The notes beneath the pieces were generated by a model. That model had not been told where the DNA came from. It was given only the letters and a program-made list of their open reading frames with translations, and did not search any database. The position numbers were made by a program, and so were the translations under genes. A stretch of 64,000 bases of DNA from Dendrobates tinctorius (lineage: Eukaryota). Within the stretch, counting starts at the first letter, position 1, and each line of letters starts with the position of its first letter. Location of the stretch: positions 21,762,001 through 21,826,000 of the forward strand of contig NW_027361677.1 in NCBI RefSeq assembly GCF_039654945.1, in the 5' to 3' direction. Shown here piece by piece: positions 12,401 through 22,473 of this stretch.

Positions 12401-12732
12401 TAGTGCGCCACCTGCTGGCGCCTTCCTGTACATAAATAATATATCCGGTAATAGTGCGCCACCTGCTGGCGCCTTCCTGTACATGAATAATATATCCGGT
12501 AACAGTGCGCCACCTGCTGGCGCCTTCCTGTACATAAATAATATATCCGGTAACAGTGCGCCACCTGCTGGCGCCTTCCTGTACATAAATAATATATCCG
12601 GTAATAGTGCGCCACCTGCTGGCGCCTTCCTGTACATGAATAATATATCCTGTAACAGTGCGCCACCTGCTGGCGCCTTCCTGTACATGAATAATATAGC
12701 CGGTAACAGTGCGCCACCTGCTGGCGCCTTCC
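6483..12732. repeat. 51-bp minisatellite, ~120 copies, nearly all containing a CTCF-consensus core (CCAGCAGGTGGCGC on -)
   Basis: Unit gtaatagtgcgccacctgctggcgccttcctgtacatgaataatatatccg; degenerate copies at 6483-6650; array ends ~25 bp from the donor site of the TERF2 exon at 12758. Confidence 0.97.
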
Positions 12733-12757
12733 AGTGCAGCACTTGCCCGCTCCTTAC

Positions 12758-12905
12758 TGGACACGATGTCCCGGATCTCCGCGAAGTCTTCCTTGCGGCA
12801 GTTCTTGAAGGCGTCCACGTACAGATGGAAAAAGTAATCCAACACCCAGTGGTTGATCAGAGGCTCCAGTCTCAGCAGGCTGCAGCCCTCGGCGCTGAAC
12901 TCCAT
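12758..12905 (-). CDS. TERF2: TERF2 first TRFH-coding exon
   Basis: MEFSAEGCSLLRLEPLINHWVLDYFFHLYVDAFKNCRKEDFAEIRDIVS; donor A|gtaagg; an acceptor-like gtaatag lies 8 nt upstream of the ATG. Confidence 0.93.
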
Positions 12906-12949
12906 CCTGCACCCTATTACAACAAAAATAATAAGTCTGCCGCGAAATG

Positions 12950-13392
12950 GCCCCACTTCCGGTGATGCTGTCATGTGACCTGGATGTTGACGTCGGCCAT
13001 GATGGGAAGGGCGGAAGTATATAGTTGTGATTTTTGTATTATTATTATTATTATTGCCTTTTTTACCTATAAACACTTTTCTCCTAATGAGATGCGTGCA
13101 GCATATATGTTACAGATACAGTTTGACACAGTTTTGCGTGCCCACATCAAACATGGCTGCCGGAGCCATTTTTCTCTCTGTAGATTCTAATTGGTTGATG
13201 GCCGGATTGAACCGGCGGGGCTAGTGATTGGATGATTGGTTTGCATGCATCCCACCTTTTTTGAAGGTGATTGGTTGTCGCCTTGGAGACCTCACCTGTG
13301 TCCGTGAGCCGAGGGTCTGAGGCGGCACTGCTGTTACGGAAGCCGGGAGTAGGCATATCAACGAGTTACGTAACGCGTTTTGCACACCGGCA
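12950..13392. promoter_or_regulatory. Bidirectional TERF2/CYB5B promoter region
   Basis: ETS-type cggaagt/acttccgg (~12955, ~13012), YY1-like aacatggc/gccattt (~13150-13172), several ATTGG boxes (~13190-13275), palindrome GTTACGTAAC at 13365-13374. Confidence 0.7.
13296..13356 (-). CDS. TERF2: Putative extra upstream TERF2 exon (coding or 5'UTR)
   Basis: ATG 13356, MPTPGFRNSSAASDPRLTDT, strong donor CAG|GTGAGG; splicing to the acceptor before 12913 gives G-C-R in frame with Met 12905. Confidence 0.45.
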
Positions 13393-13536
13393 ATGGCGAA
13401 CGGTGAAGGCGGCTCCAGCGAGGAGCCTGAGGTGACTTACTACAGCCTGGAAGATGTGAGGAAGAGAAACAGCGCCGAAGAGCTGTGGCTGGTGATCCAC
13501 GGCCGGGTGTACGATATCACCCGCTTTGTGGAAGAG
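13393..13536 (+). CDS. CYB5B: Cytochrome b5 type B (outer mitochondrial membrane) exon 1
   Basis: MANGEGGSSEEPEVTYYSLEDVRKRNSAEELWLVIHGRVYDITRFVEE|gtgggt. Confidence 0.97.
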
Positions 13537-13673
13537 GTGGGTACCGCACAGCGACCGTCACTGAGGCTGAGGGCACCTGAGCGGCCTCTACAGATGGGAA
13601 GGACGCGACTGTGATGTGTGCGACAATATCTGCACCAGAGGAGTGCGGCCATATAGCGCTGGAAGCAGCAAAT

Positions 13674-16090
13674 AGTATGGGGCGTCCCCGGTGTATGGCC
13701 GGTCTCTGGTATAGCGGGGCGTCCCCGGTGTATGGCCGGTCTCTGGTATAGCGGGGCGTCCCCGGTGTATGGCCGGTCTCTGGTATAGCGGGGCGTCCCC
13801 GGTGTATGGCCGGTCTCTGGTATAGCGGGGCGTCCCCGGTGTATGGCCGGTCTCTGGTATAGCGGGGCGTCCCCGGTGTATGGCCGGTCTCTGGTATAGC
13901 GGGGCGTCCCCGGTGTATGGCCGGTCTCTGGTATAGCGGGGCGTCCCCGGTGTATGGCCGGTCTCTGGTATAGCGGGGCGTCCCCGGTGTGTATGGCCGG
14001 TCTCTGGTATAGCGGGGCGTCCCCGGTGTGTATGGCCGGTCTCTGGTATAGCGGGGCGTCCCCGGTGTGTATGGCCGGTCTCTGGTATAGCGGGGCGTCC
14101 CCGGTGTGTATGGCCGGTCTCTGGTATAGCGGGGCGTCCCCGGTGTGTATGGCCGGTCTCTGGTATAGCGGGGCGTCCCCGGTGTGTATGGCCGGTCTCT
14201 GGTATAGCGGGGCGTCCCCGGTGTGTATGGCCGGTCTCTGGTATAGCGGGGCGTCCCCGGTGTGTATGGCCGGTCTCTGGTATAGCGGGGCGTCCCCGGT
14301 GTGTATGGCCGGTCTCTGGTATAGCGGGGCGTCCCCGGTGTGTATGGCCGGTCTCTGGTATAGCGGGGCGTCCCCGGTGTGTATGGCCGGTCTCTGGTAT
14401 AGCGGGGCGTCCCCGGTGTGTATGGCCGGTCTCTGGTATAGCGGGGCGTCCCCGGTGTGTATGGCCGGTCTCTGGTATAGCGGGGCGTCCCCGGTGTGTA
14501 TGGCCGGTCTCTGGTATAGCGGGGCGTCCCCGGTGTGTATGGCCGGTCTCTGGTATAGCGGGGCGTCCCCGGTGTGTATGGCCGGTCTCTGGTATAGCGG
14601 GGCGTCCCCGGTGTGTATGGCCGGTCTCTGGTATAGCGGGGCGTCCCCGGTGTGTATGGCCGGTCTCTGGTATAGCGGGGCGTCCCCGGTGTGTATGGCC
14701 GGTCTCTGGTATAGCGGGGCGTCCCCGGTGTGTATGGCCGGTCTCTGGTATAGCGGGGCGTCCCCGGTGTGTATGGCCGGTCTCTGGTATAGCGGGGCGT
14801 CCCCGGTGTGTATGGCCGGTCTCTGGTATAGCGGGGCGTCCCCGGTGTGTATGGCCGGTCTCTGGTATAGCGGGGCGTCCCCGGTGTGTATGGCCGGTCT
14901 CTGGTATAGCGGGGCGTCCCCGGTGTGTATGGCCGGTCTCTGGTATAGCGGGGCGTCCCCGGTGTGTATGGCCGGTCTCTGGTATAGCGGGGCGTCCCCG
15001 GTGTGTATGGCCGGTCTCTGGTATAGCGGGGCGTCCCCGGTGTGTATGGCCGGTCTCTGGTATAGCGGGGCGTCCCCGGTGTGTATGGCCGGTCTCTGGT
15101 ATAGCGGGGCGTCCCCGGTGTGTATGGCCGGTCTCTGGTATAGCGGGGCGTCCCCGGTGTGTATGGCCGGTCTCTGGTATAGCGGGGCGTCCCCGGTGTG
15201 TATGGCCGGTCTCTGGTATAGCGGGGCGTCCCCGGTGTGTATGGCCGGTCTCTGGTATAGCGGGGCGTCCCCGGTGTGTATGGCCGGTCTCTGGTATAGC
15301 GGGGCGTCCCCGGTGTGTATGGCCGGTCTCTGGTATAGCGGGGCGTCCCCGGTGTGTATGGCCGGTCTCTGGTATAGCGGGGCGTCCCCGGTGTGTATGG
15401 CCGGTCTCTGGTATAGCGGGGCGTCCCCGGTGTGTATGGCCGGTCTCTGGTATAGCGGGGCGTCCCCGGTGTGTATGGCCGGTCTCTGGTATAGCGGGGC
15501 GTCCCCGGTGTGTATGGCCGGTCTCTGGTATAGCGGGGCGTCCCCGGTGTGTATGGCCGGTCTCTGGTATAGCGGGGCGTCCCCGGTGTGTATGGCCGGT
15601 CTCTGGTATAGCGGGGCGTCCCCGGTGTGTATGGCCGGTCTCTGGTATAGCGGGGCGTCCCCGGTGTGTATGGCCGGTCTCTGGTATAGCGGGGCGTCCC
15701 CGGTGTGTATGGCCGGTCTCTGGTATAGCGGGGCGTCCCCGGTGTGTATGGCTGGTCTCCGGTATAATGAAGCGTCCCCCGATATATGGGGCGTCTTCTG
15801 TATATGGCCGGTCTCTGGTATAATGAAGCATCCCCCCGGTATATGGTCTGTCTCCTGTATAATGGGGCGTCTCTGGTATATGGCTGGTATATGGCTGGTC
15901 TCTGGTATAATGGGGTGTCTCCTGTATAATGGGGCGTCCCCGGTATATGGCCGGTCTCTGGTATAATGGGGTGTCTCCTGTATAATGGGGTGTCCCCGAT
16001 ATATGGCCGGTCTCTGGAATAATGGGGTGTCCCTGGTATATGGCCGGTCTCTGCTATAACGGGGCGTCCCCGGTTTATGGCCCGTCTCTG
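13674..16090. repeat. CpG-rich 37/39-bp minisatellite in CYB5B intron 1
   Basis: ~8 units of 37 bp, then ~45 apparently identical 39-bp units (gtatggccggtctctggtatagcggggcgtccccggtgt), then degenerate units from ~15750. Confidence 0.97.
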
Positions 16091-16289
16091 CGCTGCTCCA
16101 CATGTGCATTGGTCAGTGTCTGACAACGGTTACCCAAGTAAGGACAGTCAGTGCCAGAATCACGGATATTCAAGGCTCATAGTGTCTGATCACAAGAGTT
16201 ACCGCAGAGGAAATTCTGAATAATGTTCCACTTTTATGATAGAAAGGGGTCCGATCCCACCGAGTGTCTCCGCTGTGTAGTCACAGACC

Positions 16290-16790
16290 GCTCAGAGTGC
16301 CTACACTGACCACGTCCATCACCAGAAAGGGGCCCATTAGCATCAGACCTGTACCCTCTGAGAAATCGTTTGGATAGCCGTGTGCGTCACGTATCTAAGG
16401 AAGAAACTGCAGCAGGGCGCACTATGGGAAGACGGCTATCCGGCGGAGTGATGGGCAACGTTCTGTCCTGGCGTCATGTGACACGTACCACCCACCTAAC
16501 ATTGTACAGACCCAGGACCACATCCAAGAAATTCCCAAATGACAGAGCATCTTTCTTCAGGGTAATGGGTGTCCAGAAAAGGAGGAGCAGGAGAATGAAT
16601 GAATGTGCTGACTTGTCTCCCAATTCTGTCATGTGTTGGACATGGTGGAAAACGATTCCAAGCCATGGAGACCGCACCGAGCCACCGTCAGGATTTGTCA
16701 TTACTGTCTGGATGCCAGATAGCACAGGACACCTTCAGAGGTGGAATACATGACACGATGGGGCAGGACAAGACGACCTACACCATATGA
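16290..16790 (+). mobile_element. Possible decayed Tc1-like transposon remnant
   Basis: General resemblance to degenerate frog Tc1-derived sequence; no intact ORF or TIR confirmed. Confidence 0.3.
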
Positions 16791-17727
16791 GACGGGTGGG
16801 ATTATTGTTACGGCTGATCACTGGAGGAAGCTGCCTTCATACTTATCTCCATTGTAGCCTCCTATGCAGGGACAATGTTGCATTAGATGGCCGCACATTT
16901 TCCAGTTTGAAAGAATGGCAATGTACAGCAGCAATTTAGGTATCGGCTGTGGTGGGGGGAACACTGTGGGAAAAGAAGTTTATTTGTGTGAATAGTCCTG
17001 AAAACAAAAGTCCAATTCTTAAGAAACATCAGAAGACGCTTAAAGGGAAAGCACATGATTAGCTGCATGTACAATGTATTATTTCCGCAGTCGATTGATT
17101 ACTGTGGACCACAGCTCGTTATTTGCGTTCTGTTTTTCACACTTTAACCAGGGGTACAACCTCTGGGACCCCACCACTTCTGACAATGGAGCACAGTGTC
17201 CTCCACATCAGGTGGCCAAATGCACCCTGTGCAGAGGAAGAAACTGTTAAATGGTAGCTGCACGGCAACACCTTAATTCTCAGCATCAGTGGAGGGGTGG
17301 GAGTCCCAGTGATCAAGAAGTGATGGAATACCCCATTGAGTCCTGTAGGTTGGGGGCACCAGACATGGTTGTCAGCCTCTCGCCTTCCCTGATTCTGTAG
17401 AAATGGCATGTACTTGGCTGTCCCCCAATGTTCCTGGTGTTGAGTCCTCACTTATTAGCTGAACCTTGGTCCTATGCTCATTAGCTATCTTAAAGTGCAT
17501 CAGTATTGAGTAATAAGAATGGTGCTGAGCTCCTGCTTTGACTTTAATATTAAATGACTCGACAATAAAACTCAGGCAGAATACAAGTCTATGAGATTTA
17601 TATAAGGAACTTAACAAAGGTGTGATCATGTTTTTCACCATACACCTATTGGAAGAAGACTTTGGCTGCACACTGTGTCTGGGATCCAACTGAAAAGAAC
17701 ACATGGGAGGAGCACTGAGCTATGGCG

Positions 17728-18978
17728 GCTTGGTTTGGAAGGACTGAAGGGTCTGTCACCAGGAAGGTACATGGTTTGGCTTGGAAGGTATGAAGGATCT
17801 GTCACCAGGAAGGTACATGGTTTGGAAGATCTGTAGGATCTGACACCAGGAAGGTACATGGTTTGGAAGATCTGTAGGATCTGACACCAGCAAGGTACAT
17901 GGTTTGGAAGGTCTGACACCAGCAAGGTACATGGTTTGGAAGGTCTGAAGGCTCTGTCACCTGGAAGGTCTGAAGGGTCTGTCACCAGGAAGGTACATGG
18001 TTTGGAAGATCTGAAGGGTCTGACACCAGCAAGGTACATGGTTTGGAAGGTCTGAAGGGTCTGTCACCAGGAAGGTACATGGTTTGGAAGATCTGAAGGG
18101 TCTGACACCAGCAAGGTACATGGTTTGGAAGGTCTGAAGGGTCTGTCACCAGGAAGGTACATGGTTTGTTTTGGAAGGTCTGAAGGGTCTTGTCACCAGG
18201 AAGAAACATGATTTGTTTTGGAAGGTCTGAAGGGTCTTGTCACCAGGAAGAAACATGATTTGGTTTGGAAGGTCTGAAGGGTCTGTCACCAGCAAGGTAC
18301 CTGGTTTGTTTTGGAAGGTCTGAAGGGTCTTGTCACCAGGAAGAAACATGGTTTGTTTTGGAAGGTCTGAAGGGTCTTGTCACCAGGAAGAAACATGATT
18401 TGGTTTGGAAGGTCTGAAGGATCTGTCACCAGGAAGGTACATGGTTTGGTTTGGAAGGTCTGTAGGATCTGTCACCAGGAAGGTACATGGTTTGGAAGGT
18501 CTGAAGGGTCTGACACCAGCAAGGTACATGGTTTGGAAGGTCTGAAGGGTCTGACACCAGCAAGGTACATGGTTTGGAATGTCTGAAGGGTCTGTCACCA
18601 GGAAGGTACATGGTTTGGAAGGTCTGAAGGATCTGTCACCAGGAAGGTACATGGTTTGTTTTTGAAAGTCTGAAGGGTCTTGTCACCAGGAATAAACATG
18701 ATTTGTTTTGGAAGGTCTGAAGGGTCTTGTCACCAGGAAGAAACATGATTTTGTTTGGAAGGTCTGAAGGATCTGTCACCAGGAAGGTACATGGTTTGGA
18801 AGGTCTGTAGGATCTGTCACCAGCAAGGTACATGGTTTGGAAGGTTTGAAGGGTCTGTCATCAGGAAGAAACATTGTTTGGTTTTGAAGATGTGGAGAAT
18901 CTGTAACCAGGAAGGTACATGGTTTGGAAGGTCTGTAGGATCTGTCACCAGCAAGGTACCGTGTTTGGTTTGGAAGGT
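17728..18978. repeat. ~41-47-bp imperfect tandem repeat (tggtttggaaggtctgaagggtctgtcaccaggaaggtaca); resumes at 20483-20622 after an insertion
   Basis: Direct tandem repetition; source of the many short PGDRSFRPSKP-type ORFs. Confidence 0.92.
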
Positions 18979-20482
18979 CACAGAAAACCAGAGAGGTTGG
19001 TAACTAAGCAGATGCAGACCCCTGATCCCATCCACACAACTAGCAGTAGCCGTGGAGCGTACCTACGATTATCCTAGATGCCTCGGCACAGCCGGAGAGC
19101 TAACTAAGCCTAAAGCAAGAAAGGGGAAATCTAAACTGCCCCGGAGCAGACCCCCAAAGGAATAGATAGCCCCCAAACATATACTGTCAGTGAGACAAGA
19201 TGAAAACACAAACGCAGGCAGAAAAATAGACTGAGCAAATGATGGGGCCAAAACTGACTAGACAGGACAGGAAAGGAAAGACACTGTCTGCAATCACGCA
19301 AAAAAAGTCCAACACGTCTGATGCACAAAAAACACTGAAGTCGCACGACTTGGCCCCCACTATATCAGCACTCTGGTATGTTCTGAAAGCAAAGCAAAAA
19401 GAGACCAATATAACAGGGGACAAAACAAACTGGCACATGCAGTAACATGGACGGTGATTCAGCACAGCCCCAGCCAGAGCTGGCTGACCCGCACAAAGCA
19501 GAGATAGACAAAACCAGATCAAATGCAAACAGAATAACAAATGAACCACTTGGGCCTGTTTCACACATTCGTCTTTCAGATCAGTTGTTAACCGCCAAAA
19601 TGGCGGACAACGGATCCGTCGGCAGGCTGACAGGAACGTATGGCACCGAACCGTTGTTTAGAAGGATCCGGCGAAGGCTGAATTTTACACGTGCCCGGAA
19701 AGAGAGAGAGAGAGAGAGACTCCAGCCGCCAGAAGTGGATTTAGGGTTAAACTTCCGTCAAATGCAATTCTTCTGGGCATGCGCAGTGTACAAATGCTGA
19801 TCTGACCACCAAAAAAAGTTTCATTGTCCATCCTGTCCTGTCAGCGGACGCCAAAATTTTGGCTGATCTGTAAAAAACGAATCCAACGGATGACCATCCG
19901 TCAAGATCCGCTGATAATGCAAGTCAATGGGGGAAAAAAAGGATCCGCCAAAAAAAATGGCGGATCCGTGTTTTTTTTTTTTTTTTTTGCAAAACGGCGG
20001 ATTTTGACTGATGGAGACAAACGGATGTGTGAAAGAGGCCTTAGCTGAACCATGCAGGGAAAGAGCAGGAGACATCAGACCTCAGAAGGCACAGGAAGAA
20101 AATCACCAGCAGGGATAGAGGGAGTCAGCTGTCTTAAATCCCAATCAGAAACACCAGATCTCCAATCGTCTTCCTCATTATAAGGTGGCAAGCCTCTTTC
20201 AATCAGATCAGCTCCACTACCTCCAGTAACCACCAGAGGGAGTCCAGAAACAGAACTCACAACTCCTCTGTCAATCTGACCAGCTCCACTACCTCCAGTA
20301 AACCACCACAGGGAGTCCAGAAACAGAACTCACAACCCCTCTGTCAATCTGACCAGCTCCACTACCTCCAGTAAACCACCACAGGGAGTCCAGAAACAGA
20401 ACTCACAACCCCTCTGTCAATCTGACCAGCTCCACTACCTTCAGTAATCACCAGAGGGAAGCCAGAGAGAGAATTCACAACA
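18979..20482 (-). mobile_element. LTR-like element, copy 1 (truncated at the left end, interrupted by a MITE)
   Basis: Reverse-complement match to 37714-38586; terminus TGTTGTGAAT at 20482; internal 72-73-bp unit repeated 4 times. Confidence 0.8.
19553..20040. mobile_element. PIF/Harbinger-like MITE inserted in LTR copy 1
   Basis: TIRs GGCCTGTTTCACACA / TGTGTGAAAGAGGCC; flanks ttg and tta; absent from the paralogous copy near 38007. Confidence 0.85.
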
Positions 20483-22023
20483 TACATGGCTTGGTTTGGA
20501 AGATCTGTAGGATCTGTCACCAGCAAGGTACATGGATTGGAAGGTCTGCAGGATCTTTCACCAGGAAGGTACATGGTTTGTTTTGGAAGGTCTGAAGGAT
20601 CTGTCACCAGGAAGGTGCATGGCTGTGGGGGCATCTGTTGGACTTGTCGTGAAAATTCATCCACACAGCAGCCCAACACACTGACTAGTGGTGGTTGACG
20701 TGTACTGCAGTTTATTCAAATGAATAGGATTGAGACACAACCACAACTGAATGTACAGAGTTGTGCCTGGCAATCAAAGGTGACAGCCCCTTCAATCACC
20801 TGATTGCCGCGGTTGTTGAGGTAGGACCCCCACTGATGTCATTGATGATTTTTATGAAGGGACGGAGTTCCTTTTAATATTGTCCTATTGAAGCGATCAC
20901 AACTTCTCCTCTGCTGAGCAATAATGAAAACTTGCATTTTTGGAGATAATAGTGCCGTATGTGAGCCCCAGTATCACGGTGTACAGGTGGTCCCACATGC
21001 TCCATTTTTGTAGTTCGGGGTATATAGATTAATCAGAACACATGGTGGCTACTTGGCTCTGGGTGACTCCTGGCGGGACGTGCCCTCGTGTTTTCTGAGT
21101 ACAAAGTACTATTGCACCTTTTTGGCTGCTTCTTCCCATATGACTGGAGGTAAAACGATTTCCTGTGCCCGGGGGTTTGTATATGATCATATTTGGGCTT
21201 CTCTCTCATGGGTGAAGCTTACTTCATATTTATTTCCTCTGGCTAGAATTCTCCATGCTTTACAGTGCAGCTCCTGTTTCCATCAGAGCTAAGATAGTGG
21301 GCACATTTGGGTCAGATGTCATGTCACCAGTCTCCGATCTGCTGATTGACAGGTAAGGCTGACAGAAGGACATTTTGCTGCGGCATTTTTGGAAGTGCCG
21401 TTGTTACTGTAGCTCTGAACTTTCCTCCCAACTTTTGCTGATATAAAAGGGATGGCTACAGTTATGCGGACTAATTATATAGCTGTCAGCACCTGCCATC
21501 CCTAAATTATTTTTTTTTTTGGTCCCTTCATCTGTTCAGGCCATATTCACATGGAGCTAAATCCTGGACCCACTGCAGATCTGATCCCCAGAGCTAGCCG
21601 AATTGTAGGTCTGGGATGATCAGATCAGAAATGTGCCCGTGTTACGACACTTTGGCCACAACTGCAGATTTTCTGTTACCAAATAGTAACTGGAAGGATC
21701 AAAGGTTGCAGCTCTCATGTATTGTCACTATTGTGTGCTGCTGCCAGTTTTCAACCTCGTGGCTCATGACTAAAGCTGTGTGCCTGATGAGCGGACTGTG
21801 GCAGCTGTGCTCACCGGTGTCCTGACTTCTTGATTAAATGATCAGATATTTCGTTCTTTATTGTTTTTATGGAGGGTGTAAGTTTCACACCAACCAAAAT
21901 TTCCTTAACCCTGCTGTTCTGTACTCATGTACTATACACTTGTATTGCTCCCGGGTCACTATGACCCGGTTTATTAAAGGTCAACTACGTATTTTGCACG
22001 CTAGATGCTTTCTAGGTTGTCGT

Positions 22024-22473
22024 AAAGAAGCACTCCTATCAGTCTGTATCCTCTTAATATATTGCAGCCATCATATTATATAGCTCTGTGTACTTACAAT
22101 TGCTCAATTTGCCTTTCTGCCCAGCTAATTCTTCTTTTCTCTGATCTATGTAGAAACTGGATGTGTCTTGTCCCTGCAGAAATCAATCCCCCTCTTCAAC
22201 TCCTGACCCAATTCTCCCCTCCTCCCCCTGCCTAGGACTTTTTCAGCTACTTATGAGTCATGCAGGGAAAATTGACCTCCTGTTTCTACATAGAACATAG
22301 GATTCAGTTTGTCAGTTTTTAATCATGTATTGCCATAGATCTAATAGAAAAGAGAACAATTAGCTGGGTAGAAAGTCAAAATGAGCAATTGTAAGTTCTC
22401 AGTGCTGTATAATATGATGGTTGCAATATATTATGTGGATACAAATGTTCATGGGAGGAGGAGTGATTCTTAA
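22024..22473. mobile_element. T2/Kolobok-like MITE with long inverted arms
   Basis: aagaagcactcc...ggagtgattcttaa; internal inverted match tattgcagccatcatattata / tataatatgatggttgcaata. Confidence 0.7.

Larger units (their letters stand above)
240..12905 (-). other. TERF2: Telomeric repeat-binding factor 2 gene span, 10 coding exons: 12905-12758, 5148-5053, 4901-4780, 4126-4040, 3899-3753, 3643-3468, 3226-2819, 2169-2084, 1709-1672, 398-240 (1467 nt, 488 aa + stop)
   Basis: All introns are GT-AG and phases join into one open frame. TRFH domain (NHWVLDYFFH...RTPLESA...AVVICI), hinge motifs and C-terminal telobox Myb domain are present. Synteny with CYB5B and NFAT5 matches the known vertebrate locus. 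Confidence 0.95.

Noticed and set aside
6483-12732. CRISPR-like array
   Set aside because: No unique spacers (the whole unit repeats), no cas genes, eukaryotic intron context
240-12905. TERF1 as an alternative identity
   Set aside because: RAP1-binding-like and LVMEQDSQ hinge motifs plus CYB5B/NFAT5 synteny indicate TERF2
6338-12965. Very long ORFs (2134, 1406, 1130, 738 aa) on both strands
   Set aside because: The 51-bp unit is 17 codons and lacks stops in several frames. The ORFs are intronic, occur on both strands and switch frame at indels.
12117-13076. 319-aa ORF as a single-exon TERF2 N-terminus
   Set aside because: Reads through the donor at 12757 into the repeat, and upstream through a (AAT)n microsatellite
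13440-16126. 670-889 aa repetitive ORFs
   Set aside because: Artefact of the 39-bp (13-codon) repeat in CYB5B intron 1
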